Below are positions 8,492 through 18,112 of a stretch of 64,000 nt of DNA, one piece after another. A model generated the notes under the pieces. It was not told the DNA's origin and ran no database searches. It saw only the letters and a program-made list of their open reading frames with translations. The stretch is from the NCBI GenBank assembly GCA_052326585.1, contig JBKQLU010000044.1, positions 92,682 through 156,681 on the forward strand, in the 5' to 3' direction. Within the stretch, counting starts at the first letter, position 1, and each line of letters begins with the position of its first letter. Both the position numbers and the translations under genes were made by a program. This DNA comes from Desulfobaccales bacterium. Lineage in GTDB: Bacteria > Desulfobacterota > Desulfobaccia > Desulfobaccales > 0-14-0-80-60-11.

Positions 8492-8575
8492 AAACCTGAT
8501 TTCTCTGCCATCTGAACGAAGTGCAGGATCTCAAGTCAGTAAACCTACTAGATTCTTCCCTGCGCTGAGAATGAC
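8492..8575. repeat. ~84-nt intergenic repeat, copy A
   Basis: aaacctgatttctctgccatctgaacg...gatctcaagtcagtaaacctactagattcttccctgcgctgagaatgac aligns by eye at roughly 80% with 15376-15459. Confidence 0.75.
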
Positions 8576-8752
8576 ATTTTTGGGCAAGCCCTAATTTTTT
8601 GAGGTCAATCCCGGGTTAAAAAAATCGCCTTTTTTCATTTTTTCCGTAAGCATTGCATCTCTGGCCTATTCAGGCTAAATATTAACCGGGATCTGAAACT
8701 AAAAACCGGGCGGCTCGGTCAGCGGCTGGAAGCCGGTGCCACTTTAAGGAAA

Positions 8753-8832
8753 TGGTGGGCAGTGCCCACCCTACGCCAACTGGGCGACCCGGCGGGTCGC
8801 CCCTACAACTCGAAACTCAAAACTCGAAACTT
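8753..8832. repeat. Two hairpin-CCCTAC units followed by an AACTCGA/AACTCAA heptamer run
   Basis: TGGTGGGCAGTGCCCACCCTAC (8753-8774), GGGCGACCCGGCGGGTCGCCCCTAC (8782-8806), then aactcga aactcaa aactcga aactt (8807-8832), ending 5 nt before the permease ATG. Confidence 0.8.
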
Positions 8833-8837
8833 AAGAT

Positions 8838-9812
8838 ATGTGGCGCTATCTCAGCAAGAGGATACTGTTGATGATTCCCATGCTCCTGGGCATCACCCTG
8901 GTCTCCTTCCTGGTGATCCACCTGGCCCCGGGCACCCCCACCGAGCTGCAGACCACCATGAATCCCAAGGCGTCCTTAGAGGCCCAGAAGCGCCTGCAGG
9001 AGCTCTACGGTCTGAATAAGCCTTTGCAGGTGCAGTACTGGGATTGGCTCAAACGCATCAGCCGTCTGGACTTCGGCCGCTCCTTCTCCCCGGATCGGCG
9101 TCCGGTGTGGGACAAGATCCGGGAGCGTATCGGCGTCACCCTGGGTCTCAATCTCCTGAGCCTGCTGATCATCTTGGCGGTAGCCCTGCCTTTGGGGGTG
9201 CTGGCCGCCCAGCGGGCCCATTCCTGGTTCGACAAAGGCACCACCCTGCTGGTCTTTTTCGGCTTCGCCATGCCTTCCTTCTGGCTGGCCTTGCTGTTGA
9301 TGCTCTTCTTCGGGGTCTACCTGGACTGGCTGCCCATCTCCGGCCTCACTTCCCTGGGCTCCTCCCATCTTTCCCTCTGGGGGAAGCTTAGCGACCTGGG
9401 GGCCCACGTCACCCTGCCGGTGCTGGGGTCCGCCTTCATGGGCCTGGCCGGCGTCTCCCGTTACATGCGGGGCAGCATGCTGGAGGTGATCGGCCAGGAC
9501 TACATCACCACCGCCCGGGCCAAAGGGCTGCCGGAGCGGGTGGTTATCTTCAAGCACGCCTTGCGCAACGCCTTGCTGCCGGTGATCACCATACTGGGGT
9601 TCAGCCTGCCGGGCCTCATTGGCGGCAGCGTCATCTTCGAGACCATCTTCGCCATTCCCGGCATGGGGCAGTTGTTGTGGTGGGCGGTGATGGCCCGGGA
9701 TTATCCGGTGGTGATGGGGGAGTTGGTCATCGTGGCCCTCCTCACCCTGCTGGGCAACCTGCTGGCGGACCTGGCCTACGGGCTGGCGGACCCCCGCATC
9801 AGGATGGGATGA
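8838..9812 (+). CDS. Peptide/nickel-type ABC transporter permease (DppB/OppB/YejB-like)
   Basis: [33 protein letters not shown]-terminus, multiple TM segments, EAA-like loop ([21 protein letters not shown]). Confidence 0.88.
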   Translation: MWRYLSKRILLMIPMLLGITLVSFLVIHLAPGTPTELQTTMNPKASLEAQKRLQELYGLNKPLQVQYWDWLKRISRLDFGRSFSPDRRPVWDKIRERIGVTLGLNLLSLLIILAVALPLGVLAAQRAHSWFDKGTTLLVFFGFAMPSFWLALLLMLFFGVYLDWLPISGLTSLGSSHLSLWGKLSDLGAHVTLPVLGSAFMGLAGVSRYMRGSMLEVIGQDYITTARAKGLPERVVIFKHALRNALLPVITILGFSLPGLIGGSVIFETIFAIPGMGQLLWWAVMARDYPVVMGELVIVALLTLLGNLLADLAYGLADPRIRMG

Positions 9813-10651
9813 GCATGAGAGTCAGCGAATCCTGGGTTCGTCTCTGGCGCAACCGCCTGGCCATAAGCGGCCTGGCCCTGGTCCTGGGCCTCTTTGCCGT
9901 GGCCCTGCTGGCCCACTGGCTGGCCCCCTACAACCCCGACTTTATTGACTTAAAGCAGGTGCTCATGCCTCCCAGCCCGGCCCATCTGCTGGGCACCGAC
10001 ACCTTGGGCCGGGATGTCTTGAGCCGCATCATCTATGGGGCCCGGGTGTCGCTGCTGGTGGGCTTCGTGGCGGTGGGCATCGCCACCCTGATCGGCCTGC
10101 TGGTGGGGGCCCTGGCGGGTTACTACGGCGGGGTGCTGGATCAGGTCCTCATGCGCCTGGTGGACCTGATGCTCTGTTTCCCGACCATCTTCCTGATCCT
10201 GGCGGTGATCGCGGTGCTGGGGCCCAATATCTGGAACATCATGGCGGTCATCGGGCTGACCAGTTGGATGGGGGTGGCGCGCCTGGTGCGGGCGGAGTTT
10301 CTGTCGCTTCGGGAGCGGGAATTCGTGGTGGCGGCCCGGGCCCTGGGGGCCTCGGACGCCCGCCTCATCTGGCGGCACCTGCTGCCCAACGCCCTGACCC
10401 CGGTGATGGTCTCCGCCACCCTGGGGGTGGCCGGGGCCATCCTGGTGGAGAGCTCCCTGAGCTTCCTGGGCCTGGGGGTGCAGCCCCCCACCCCCAGTTG
10501 GGGGAACATGCTCACCATGGGCAAGGACAACATCGAGATCGCCTGGTGGCTCTCGGTCTTTCCCGGCCTGGCGATCCTGGTGACGGTGATGAGCTACAAC
10601 CTCCTGGGCGAAGGCATCCGGGAGGCCATTGACCCCCGCCTCAGGGACTGA
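9809..10651 (+). CDS. Peptide/nickel-type ABC transporter permease (DppC/OppC/YejE-like)
   Basis: An ATGA overlap with the upstream stop sets the start at 9809 ([21 protein letters not shown]...). [21 protein letters not shown] and [22 protein letters not shown] motifs. Confidence 0.88.
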   Translation: MSMRVSESWVRLWRNRLAISGLALVLGLFAVALLAHWLAPYNPDFIDLKQVLMPPSPAHLLGTDTLGRDVLSRIIYGARVSLLVGFVAVGIATLIGLLVGALAGYYGGVLDQVLMRLVDLMLCFPTIFLILAVIAVLGPNIWNIMAVIGLTSWMGVARLVRAEFLSLREREFVVAARALGASDARLIWRHLLPNALTPVMVSATLGVAGAILVESSLSFLGLGVQPPTPSWGNMLTMGKDNIEIAWWLSVFPGLAILVTVMSYNLLGEGIREAIDPRLRD

Positions 10652-10789
10652 TCCCCACCGACTTTGTTTACAACCCCATAGATAATCGCCCTCTCCGGCT
10701 TACCCCGGCGCTGGGCCGGAGGGTTTCGGGCCGCCAGACGCGAAGCGCCAAAACTCCGCCCTCGGCCCCGAGATATCCGAGGATATTAT

Positions 10790-10818
10790 TTGACAAGCGG
10801 AGAACAGTAAACTATCTT
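10790..10818 (+). promoter_or_regulatory. Sigma70-like promoter (TTGACA-17-TATCTT)
   Basis: ttgaca at 10790-10795, a 17-nt spacer, tatctt at 10813-10818, about 60 nt upstream of the 10880 ATG. Confidence 0.4.
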
Positions 10819-10879
10819 GCAGCCTAAGGGCGGCTTACGCTTATTAGATTCAGCACCTTAACCTTAAAGGGAGAGATAG

Positions 10880-11332
10880 ATGAGACGAACCCAGATGAGA
10901 ATCATTTGCCTGGCGCTGGTCCTGGCCCTGTGCGGGGCGGGGCTAGCCCTGGCCGCCGATGCAAACAAGGCCTTGAGTAACAGCTATAACCTGATATCCC
11001 AGGGAAAATACGCCCGGGCCCAGAAAGTGTTGGATCAGGTCCTGGCCAAGGACCCGGGCAACCCCCTGGCCCTGAATAATCTGGCCGCGGCGATGGTCGG
11101 CATGAAGAAATTCGATAAGGCCGATACCTATTTGAATCAGGCCCTCCCCAAGGCCCAGGGTTACATGGTTCAAGTCAACCGGGTATGCACCGTAGGCAAC
11201 ATTTGCGTGGCCCTCAATCCAGTCTCCGGAGAAACGGGCAATCAGGATCTGGCGCCTTTAATCAAGATGAACATCGAGATGGTCAAAGGTATGATGAACG
11301 CAAGTCCCATCCCCGGCAAGGGCCTGAGATAA
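10880..11332 (+). CDS. Secreted small TPR-like protein
   Basis: Signal peptide MRIICLALVLALCGAGLALAADA. TPR-like helix pairs (YNLISQGKYARAQKVLDQVLAKDPGNPLALNNLA). GGGAGAG SD. Confidence 0.6.
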   Translation: MRRTQMRIICLALVLALCGAGLALAADANKALSNSYNLISQGKYARAQKVLDQVLAKDPGNPLALNNLAAAMVGMKKFDKADTYLNQALPKAQGYMVQVNRVCTVGNICVALNPVSGETGNQDLAPLIKMNIEMVKGMMNASPIPGKGLR

Positions 11333-11359
11333 GGGATCCTTAAAGCGCCGCCCCCTTTT

Positions 11360-11385
11360 GGCCCCTTCCCGGGGCCTTTTTTTTT
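11360..11385 (+). terminator. Rho-independent terminator
   Basis: GGCCCC-ttccc-GGGGCC followed by T9, nested inside an outer CCGCCCCC/GGGGGCGG pairing. Confidence 0.7.
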
Positions 11386-11440
11386 GGGGGAGGGGGCGGT
11401 CTCCGGTAAAGGCTGGAAGCCTCAGAGAGACGAAGCAGGG

Positions 11441-12121
11441 CTATTTCTTCACCCGGGCCTCATCGGCCCGCAGCTTTTCCTGCAGGTAGGGAACCAGTTG
11501 GGGCGAGCCGGGTTGATCCAGGAGCCTTTTCCAGTAAACCGCGGCCCCCGGATAGTCGCCGGCCTGCTCCAGGAGTAAGGCCAGGCGCTGCTCCATCTCG
11601 CCGTCCAAGGGTCCGGGGAGCTGCTCCTGGGCGGCCTTCAAGGCTGCCGCCGCCTTTTTAGAGTCGCCCATCCCCTCGTAGCAGTAACTGAGGCTTTCGT
11701 TAAGAAGCGCATCCCAGGCCGGGTCGCCGCTGGGGAGCAGGGAGGCGTAAGCCCTGGCGGCCTCGGGGTAATTTTTGAGGTGGTAGAGGAGATTGGCCCG
11801 CAGCAACTGGGCCTGCCGGGCCCCGCGGGTCCCGGGGTAGTCCCGGACCACCCGCTCCAGGGCCTGGGCGGTGCCGGACCCGGCCTCTCCGGCCAGGCTG
11901 GGACTTAGCTGGGCCAGGGCGGCAGCCGCCTGCCTTTCCTGGCGCGCCTCAAGGCCGGCGTAGATGGCCCAGGCGGCCAGGACCAGGGCAACCAGCACCA
12001 GACCAGAAGCCAGCCACTTCCAGTGGAGTTTCCCTTGCTCCAACAGGCGTTGGGCCAGGTTTAAGACCTCTTCAGGATTTTCCAACAGCGAGCGCTGCCG
12101 GGGGCTGATTTTGGCCATCAA
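11441..12121 (-). CDS. Membrane-anchored TPR protein (YfgM-like architecture)
   Basis: Single N-terminal TM (WLASGLVLVALVLAAWAIYAGL) followed by TPR-like repeats. Confidence 0.6.
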   Translation of the reverse strand: MMAKISPRQRSLLENPEEVLNLAQRLLEQGKLHWKWLASGLVLVALVLAAWAIYAGLEARQERQAAAALAQLSPSLAGEAGSGTAQALERVVRDYPGTRGARQAQLLRANLLYHLKNYPEAARAYASLLPSGDPAWDALLNESLSYCYEGMGDSKKAAAALKAAQEQLPGPLDGEMEQRLALLLEQAGDYPGAAVYWKRLLDQPGSPQLVPYLQEKLRADEARVKK

Positions 12122-12249
12122 GTTCTCCTAGGCTAGTGCCCCATATGGGCTATGAAATTTCAAACTATGGTTTTTTAACCACCCATGGAAAACAGGGGAA
12201 GGAGAGATTTAAAATACCGTCCTGAAATCCCCCTAAATCCCAGTAGTGT

Positions 12250-12549
12250 CCGGCAGATATTTTACATAAGGGCGGTCGAATGGAAAATGAAAAATGTAGC
12301 CGCAAACCTTTAGCTCCTTTAGCCAGAGATGACGGCGGCAGTACCGACGCGCCAAAACTCCCTCTCCCCTGCGAGGGGAGAGGGTGGGGGTGAGGGGTGG
12401 CTTCGAGTACTGACCACTTCCCCCTCACCCTGCCCTCTCCCCCATTGGGGGAGAGGGGATAAATCAATAGAACTCCATAAGTTAGCGAGAGGAGATTTGG
12501 CGGCCTTATATTAACGCCAGATTAGCAAAAAGCTTGCCGGACACTACTG
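12250..12549. mobile_element. MITE-like non-autonomous element (~300 bp)
   Basis: Perfect 15-bp terminal inverted repeats CAGTAGTGTCCGGCA (12250-12264) and TGCCGGACACTACTG (12535-12549). The flanking 9-mers cctaaatcc and cctgaatcc match 8/9. The interior holds CCCTCTCCCC...GGGGAGAGGG hairpins and has no credible ORF. Confidence 0.6.
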
Positions 12550-12634
12550 CCTGAATCCCCTTTCCCAAAGCGGGACTTTAATACCCTTGGAACTTAGGTT
12601 TCGACTCGATTTAATGCCAGATGGCAGCTCAACC

Positions 12635-13147
12635 TTAAGGGGCGGTTTTCCGTTTTTTGCTTCCGGTTTTCTCTTTGAGATTCTCCACCAATTCCCGCCC
12701 CCGGCGGCCGTGGCCCAGGAAGCTGAGTTGCCGCTGGCTCCGGGTGAGGATGGCCAGCCGCACTTCCAGGTAGTCCTGCGGCAGCAGCCCGGCCAGGCGC
12801 TGGGCCCATTCCACCGCCAGCACCGAGTCGCCTTCGAGATACTCCTCCAAATCCGGCAGCAGCTCGGCAGGGAGGTCCTCCAGGCGGTACAGGTCCAGGT
12901 GTATCAGGGGCGTCCGGCCGGGGTACTCATGGACCAGGGTGAAGCTGGGAGAGGCCACCGCCGCCGCGGCCGGCACCCCCAGGCCCCGGGCCAGGCCATG
13001 GACGAACTCGGTCTTGCCGCTGCCCAGTTCGCCGTTCAGGGCGATGATATCCCCCGGAGCCAGCCGGGCTGCCAGGCGGGCCGCCAGGTCCCTGGTCTCC
13101 CGGGCTGAGTCGGTCACATACTCAAGGGGCCTCACCAGCCCCCGCAT
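12635..13147 (-). CDS. tsaE: tRNA t6A37 biosynthesis ATPase TsaE (YjeE)
   Basis: ALNGELGSGKTEFVHGLARGLG P-loop, SPSFTLVHEY, HLDLYRL. Confidence 0.9.
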   Translation of the reverse strand: MRGLVRPLEYVTDSARETRDLAARLAARLAPGDIIALNGELGSGKTEFVHGLARGLGVPAAAAVASPSFTLVHEYPGRTPLIHLDLYRLEDLPAELLPDLEEYLEGDSVLAVEWAQRLAGLLPQDYLEVRLAILTRSQRQLSFLGHGRRGRELVENLKEKTGSKKRKTAP

Positions 13148-13604
13148 CGGCCCACTCCCGGGCCAGGCCCCGGACCAGGTCCATCTTGCCGATAATGCCC
13201 ACGATCTTTCCCGCCTCCACGACCGGCAGGGTGTGCACCCCCTGCTTGGCCATCAGGGCGGCGAGCCGGGGCACCGGGGTGTCCGGGGAGACGGTCACCG
13301 GTTTGGGACTCATAATGTCGCCCACGGTGGCGCCCAGCATCTTCTCCACCTTGCGGAAGAGGTGGGACGGGACCTGCAGATAGAGGTGGAAGTCCAGGAT
13401 ATTGAGGGCCGGAGGCAACTCCAGTTCCTGGGCCCGCTCCACCAAGTCACTCTGGGTGACGATGCCCACCAGGCGGCCGTCGGCGTCCACCACCGGCACG
13501 CCGCTGATATTTTTACCCACCAGGGTTTTGGCCAGATCGCTCACCAGGGTCTCCGGGGAGACGGTGAACACCGCTTGCGTCATGATATCACGCGCTTGTA
13601 GCAT
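13122..13604 (-). CDS. CBS-pair domain protein
   Basis: Two CBS motifs (DIMTQAVFTVSPE...GVPVVDADGRLVGIVTQSDL, and GDIMSPKPVTVSPD...LPVVEAGKIVGIIGKMDL). Confidence 0.85.
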   Translation of the reverse strand: MLQARDIMTQAVFTVSPETLVSDLAKTLVGKNISGVPVVDADGRLVGIVTQSDLVERAQELELPPALNILDFHLYLQVPSHLFRKVEKMLGATVGDIMSPKPVTVSPDTPVPRLAALMAKQGVHTLPVVEAGKIVGIIGKMDLVRGLAREWADAGAGEAP

Positions 13605-15205
13605 ATGCCTTCCTCGACGAGGGGGATAGAGCCCCGGGTGAATTGGCCCAACACCTCGGGGAACAGCGACAGCAGATCTCCGGCCACCAGGCCCCGGGTA
13701 CCGTGTTGGGCGGCAAACCAGTCGGCGCTGAGGCCGTGGAGGTAGACCCCCAGGCGGGCGGCATCCCAGGCAGAGAGCCCCTGGGCCAGGAAGCCGCCGA
13801 TGAGGCCGGTGAGGACGTCGCCGGTACCGCCGGTAGCCAGGGCCGGGTTGCCGGTGGGATTGAGGCTGACCCGGCCGTCCGGGGCGGCCACCAGGGTCTG
13901 GGCCCCTTTGAGGACCAGCACCACGCCGTAGCGGCCGGCGGTCTCCCGGGCCAGCGCCAGCCGCCGGGATTGCACCTCTTTAGTGGAGCAGCCCAACAGG
14001 CGGGCCAACTCCCCGGGATGGGGGGTGAGAATCCGAGGGCCGGCGGCCCCCAGAGAGAGATTTTTCCCGGCTCCTTTTCCCTTCTGACCTTCCTGGTCTC
14101 CGGCTAGGGCGTTGATGGCGTCGGCGTCCACCACCATGGGGCGCTCCAGGCGCTGCACCAGGGTCCGCACCAATTCCCGGGTCTCCGGGTGGGTCCCCAG
14201 GCCCGGTCCCAGGGCCAGGGCGGCGCAACCTTCGGCAAAGGCCGAAATAGGCTCCAGGGCCTGGCGCCCCAGGGCCCTGGCCCCTGCAGCCTGGGGCAGG
14301 GGCAGGGTCATGGCCGCCGTGATCTTCACCGCCATAATGTCGCTGAGGCCTTCTGCGACGCCCAAGGTCACCAGGCCGGCGCCAGCCCGGAGCGCACCCC
14401 GGGAGGCCAGGGCCGCCGCCCCGGTCTTGCCCTCGGAGCCGGCCAGCACCAGGAGGTGGCCAAAGGTCCCCTTGTGGCTGTCCCGGGGGCGGGGGGGCAG
14501 CAGTTCCCGCAGTTCCCGGGCCTCGGCCAGCGACACCGGCACCTCCCGGGCCAGGTCGGGCGGCATGCCGAGGTCCGCCTGCCACAGGCGGCCCACGTAG
14601 TCCCGTCCCGGGGACATGACCAGGCCGATTTTCGGCCAGCCGCAGGTCACGGTGACGTCCGCCCGGACCGCCACCCCCAGCGCCTCCCCGGTGTCGGCAG
14701 ACAGGCCGCTGGGGAGATCCAGCGCCAGGACCTGGCGCTTGAGCTGATTGACCGCCTGGATGAGGCTGGCCAGGAGGCCGGTCACCGGGGAGTTGAGCCC
14801 GGTGCCCAGGAGGGCGTCGACGATCAGGCCGGCCCGGGCCAGGCGGTCCAGAGCCTTCTCAAGATGGGATTCCTCCAGGACCTCCAGCACCTCCAGTCCC
14901 TGGTGGGCCAGGATCTCCAGGTTCACCCGGGCGTCGCCCCCCACCTGGTCCCGCCGCCCCACCAAGAAAACGGCCACCGGGATCCCGGCGTTGGCCAGGC
15001 AGCGGGCCACCACGAAGCCGTCGCCGCCGTTGTTGCCCCGGCCGGCCAAGACCGCCACCTCCCCGGAGAGCTCGGGAAATTCCCGCCGGAGCACCTGGTA
15101 GGCGGCGCGCCCGGCATTCTCCATCAAAACCAGGGAAGGGAGCCCCACCTCGGCAATGGCTCGCCGATCCAACTCCCGCATCTCGGCGGCGGTGAGCAGT
15201 TTCAT
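13580..15205 (-). CDS. nnr: Bifunctional NAD(P)H-hydrate repair enzyme Nnr (epimerase/ADP-dependent dehydratase, YjeF)
   Basis: N-terminal YjeF_N (AGRGNNGGDGFVVARCL) and C-terminal carbohydrate-kinase-like domain (KGTFGHLLVLAGS..., ATGGTGDVLTGLIGGFLAQG). Confidence 0.92.
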   Translation of the reverse strand: MKLLTAAEMRELDRRAIAEVGLPSLVLMENAGRAAYQVLRREFPELSGEVAVLAGRGNNGGDGFVVARCLANAGIPVAVFLVGRRDQVGGDARVNLEILAHQGLEVLEVLEESHLEKALDRLARAGLIVDALLGTGLNSPVTGLLASLIQAVNQLKRQVLALDLPSGLSADTGEALGVAVRADVTVTCGWPKIGLVMSPGRDYVGRLWQADLGMPPDLAREVPVSLAEARELRELLPPRPRDSHKGTFGHLLVLAGSEGKTGAAALASRGALRAGAGLVTLGVAEGLSDIMAVKITAAMTLPLPQAAGARALGRQALEPISAFAEGCAALALGPGLGTHPETRELVRTLVQRLERPMVVDADAINALAGDQEGQKGKGAGKNLSLGAAGPRILTPHPGELARLLGCSTKEVQSRRLALARETAGRYGVVLVLKGAQTLVAAPDGRVSLNPTGNPALATGGTGDVLTGLIGGFLAQGLSAWDAARLGVYLHGLSADWFAAQHGTRGLVAGDLLSLFPEVLGQFTRGSIPLVEEGICYKRVIS

Positions 15206-15375
15206 GGCTCTGGCCTCAGCAAAGAAATTTTACCGGCTAAGATAACACACCTGCGGGGGGATTGCCAGGGCGAGGCGGAAAGGACCTGGGAACCCCCGCC
15301 CGCCGTGGGGCGCGGCTGGCAAAATTGTCTGGAAGGGGGTCCACCAGCGGGCGTTTAAATGCTAGGGCTATTGCA

Positions 15376-15459
15376 AAACCTGTTTCACTGCCATCCGGAA
15401 CGGCGTGAATGATCTCAAGTCATTAAAAATACTAGATTCTTCGTTTCGCTCAGAATGAC
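15376..15459. repeat. ~84-nt intergenic repeat, copy B
   Basis: aaacctgtttcactgccatccggaacg...gatctcaagtcattaaaaatactagattcttcgtttcgctcagaatgac, the homologue of 8492-8575. Confidence 0.75.
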
Positions 15460-15692
15460 CTTGGTTAGCTGCTGAGTTCAAACCGCTCTCCGTTTCCTGC
15501 CGCGCCGCAAAAACCTTGCCTGACACATACTGCGGCCTGGATGAATTTGGTCCAGGGCCATGACAAATCAGGCTGAAGATGTTAAGCTAACTGGTGCAGT
15601 AATATTGGCTGGCCGGATTAAGTTTATTGACTCCGGGCATTGGAATGGTTAAATTTTTAAATTGTCCCTAAGATAAGGCAACGGATCATTTT

Positions 15693-16310
15693 TTGGTTAT
15701 CATCGACTATAAGGCGGGCAATCTCACCAGCGTGGTCAACTCCTTCCAGGCCCTGGGGGTGGAGAGCCGGGTGACCCAGGATGCCGCCGCGGTGGCAGCC
15801 GCGGACCGGGTGGTCTTCCCCGGGGTGGGAGCGGCCGGGAAGGCCATGGCGACCTTGCGGGAGCTGGGCCTGGACCGGGCCTTAGAGGAGAGCTTCCGGA
15901 AGGGCACCCCCATTTTGGGCATCTGCCTGGGGGCCCAGATCATCCTGGAATACAGCCAGGAAAACGAAACCCCCTGTCTAGGGTTGCTGCCGGGCCGCAC
16001 CCAGGCGCTGCCCCGGCAGCCAGGGTTGAAGATTCCCCACATGGGCTGGAACCGCGTCCGCTTCCTGAAGCCGCATCCGGTGTTTCAGGGTTTGCCGGAA
16101 GAGGCCGAATACTACTTTGTCCACAGTTACTATCCGGAGCCGGCCGAGCAGGCCATGGTCCTGGGGGTTACCGAGTACGCCCTCCCCTTTCCCAGCGTCC
16201 TGGGATGGCGCTCGCTGGTGGCTACCCAGTTCCACCCGGAAAAGAGCGGTCGTTTCGGGCTGAAAATCCTGGAAAATTTCCTGGCCTGGGACGGCGCCGA
16301 TGCTGAGTAA
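15693..16310 (+). CDS. hisH: Imidazole glycerol phosphate synthase, glutamine amidotransferase subunit HisH
   Basis: TTG start. [26 protein letters not shown] (catalytic Cys), HSYY, QFHPEKS. Confidence 0.93.
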   Translation: MVIIDYKAGNLTSVVNSFQALGVESRVTQDAAAVAAADRVVFPGVGAAGKAMATLRELGLDRALEESFRKGTPILGICLGAQIILEYSQENETPCLGLLPGRTQALPRQPGLKIPHMGWNRVRFLKPHPVFQGLPEEAEYYFVHSYYPEPAEQAMVLGVTEYALPFPSVLGWRSLVATQFHPEKSGRFGLKILENFLAWDGADAE

Positions 16311-17079
16311 AAGGATCATCCCCTGCCTGGATGTCAGGGATGGGCGCACCACCAAAGGCATCAAGTTCCGCAACAACGTGGACGTCGGCGATCCGGTGGC
16401 CATGGCCCGGTTCTATTACGAAGCCGGAGCCGACGAGCTGGTCTTTTATGATATTACCGCCTCCAGCGACCGCCGGGGGATTATGATCGAGGTGGTGCGC
16501 CGGGTGGCCGCCGAGATTTTCATCCCCTTCTCGGTAGGCGGCGGCATCGGGAGCCTCAACGACATGCGGGCCGTGCTTTTGGCCGGGGCGGAAAAGGTGA
16601 GCATCAACACTGCCGCCATAGAGAATCCCCAGCTCATCAGCCAGGGGGCCCGGGCCTTCGGCAGCCAGTGCGTCGTTCTGGGAATGGATGTGAAAAAGGT
16701 GGGGGTCTCGGAGGCCACCCCTTCGGGCTACGAGATGGTGATCCATGGGGGCCGCACTCCCACGGGCCGCGACGCCCTGTGGTGGGCCAAGGAAGGCGAA
16801 CGCCTGGGCGCCGGGGAGATTTGCCTCAATTCCATCGATGCCGACGGGACCCAGGCCGGATATGAGCTGACCCTGACCCGGATGATTTCCCAAGCCGTGT
16901 CCATCCCGGTCATCGCCTCCGGCGGGGCCGGCACCCCGGAGCATCTCCAGGCAGTCTTGACCCAGGGCCGGGCCGACGCGGCCCTCATTGCCTCCATGGT
17001 CCATTACGAGAATTATACCATCACGGAAATCAAACAATATCTCCAGAAGCATGGGATCCCCGTAAGGCTGGCCTGGTAA
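16300..17079 (+). CDS. hisF: Imidazole glycerol phosphate synthase, cyclase subunit HisF
   Basis: [56 protein letters not shown]. Confidence 0.95.
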   Translation: MLSKRIIPCLDVRDGRTTKGIKFRNNVDVGDPVAMARFYYEAGADELVFYDITASSDRRGIMIEVVRRVAAEIFIPFSVGGGIGSLNDMRAVLLAGAEKVSINTAAIENPQLISQGARAFGSQCVVLGMDVKKVGVSEATPSGYEMVIHGGRTPTGRDALWWAKEGERLGAGEICLNSIDADGTQAGYELTLTRMISQAVSIPVIASGGAGTPEHLQAVLTQGRADAALIASMVHYENYTITEIKQYLQKHGIPVRLAW

Positions 17080-17116
17080 CGCAACGGCCGGTCTTCCTCG
17101 ATCCGGGAAGCCAACA

Positions 17117-18091
17117 GTGAGCGATCAGTACGAACTGGAGTCTCCGGAAGAACTGACCGAGATCCTGGAACCGGAGGTCGCCCCGGAAATAGCGGAGAAG
17201 GAAGAGCTGGAGGCAGCCCTGCCCATCCCCGCGGATCTTGACCTGGTGCAGCGTTACATCCGGGAGGCGAACCGCTTTGCCCTCCTGACCCCGGTGGAGG
17301 AGAAGGCCTTGAGCAGCCGGTTCCGCGAGACCGGGGACCCGGAGGCCGGCTCCAACCTAATCACCAGCAACCTCCGCCTGGTGATCAAGATTGCCCTGGA
17401 GTTTCAGCAATATTGGATGAAGAACCTCCTGGACCTGATTCAGGAGGGCAACATCGGCCTGATGCACGCCATCAAGAAGTTCGATCCCTACCGGGGCATT
17501 AAGCTCTCTTATTATGCCTCCTTCTGGATCAAGGCCTACATCCTTAAATTCATCATGGACAACTGGAAGCTGGTGAAGATCGGCACCACCCAGTCGCAGC
17601 GCAAGCTCTTTTACAACCTGAAACGGGAGAAGGAGAAGCTCCGGGCCCTGGGCTTCGAGCCCGGTCCCAAGCTGCTGGCCGACGCCCTCAAGGTCCGGGA
17701 GGAAGAGGTCATCGAAATGGACCAACGCCTGGGAGGCTGGGAGCTCTCTCTGGACGCCCCCTTGAAGGAAGGCTCGGACGAATACCACAAGAACTTCCTC
17801 CCGGCTTCAGATCCACAGGTGGAGGATATCCTGGCCAAGGCGGAGCTCAAAGACCTGTTCCGCCAGAAGCTCTCCCAGTTCCGTCTGGAACTCAACGGCA
17901 AAGAGCTGGATATCCTGGACTTGCGCCTGCTGGCGGAGAAGCCTTTGACCTTGCAGGAGATCGGCGCCCGGCATCGGATCTCCCGGGAACGGGTGCGCCA
18001 GATCGAAGACCGGTTGATTAAAAGACTGCGGCAATTCCTCAAGTCAGAAATCTCCGATTGGGAAGATTACCGCAATCCCCTGGGCGATTAA
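17117..18091 (+). CDS. rpoH: RNA polymerase sigma-32-type factor (RpoH-like) with acidic N-terminal extension
   Basis: Region 2 (LIQEGNIGLMHAIKKFDPYRGIKLSYYASFWIKAYI), RpoH-box-like QSQRKLFYNLKREK, region 4 (LQEIGARHRISRERVRQIEDRLIKRL). GTG start. Confidence 0.75.
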   Translation: MSDQYELESPEELTEILEPEVAPEIAEKEELEAALPIPADLDLVQRYIREANRFALLTPVEEKALSSRFRETGDPEAGSNLITSNLRLVIKIALEFQQYWMKNLLDLIQEGNIGLMHAIKKFDPYRGIKLSYYASFWIKAYILKFIMDNWKLVKIGTTQSQRKLFYNLKREKEKLRALGFEPGPKLLADALKVREEEVIEMDQRLGGWELSLDAPLKEGSDEYHKNFLPASDPQVEDILAKAELKDLFRQKLSQFRLELNGKELDILDLRLLAEKPLTLQEIGARHRISRERVRQIEDRLIKRLRQFLKSEISDWEDYRNPLGD

Positions 18092-18112
18092 CCAGGGGTC
18101 TGGGGAGATAGT

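Noticed and set aside
9677-9808. N-terminal 44-aa extension of the second permease ORF
   Set aside because: The extension overlaps the end of the upstream permease in another frame and is Gly/Pro-rich. The ATG at 9809 forms an ATGA stop-start overlap and yields a typical DppC-like N-terminus.
12165-12514. ORFs 12165-12467 (-) and 12329-12514 (+)
   Set aside because: Both lie inside the MITE-like element and translate its hairpin repeats (…PLPSQGRGS…, …SPARGEGGGEGW…). They are repeat-derived pseudo-ORFs.
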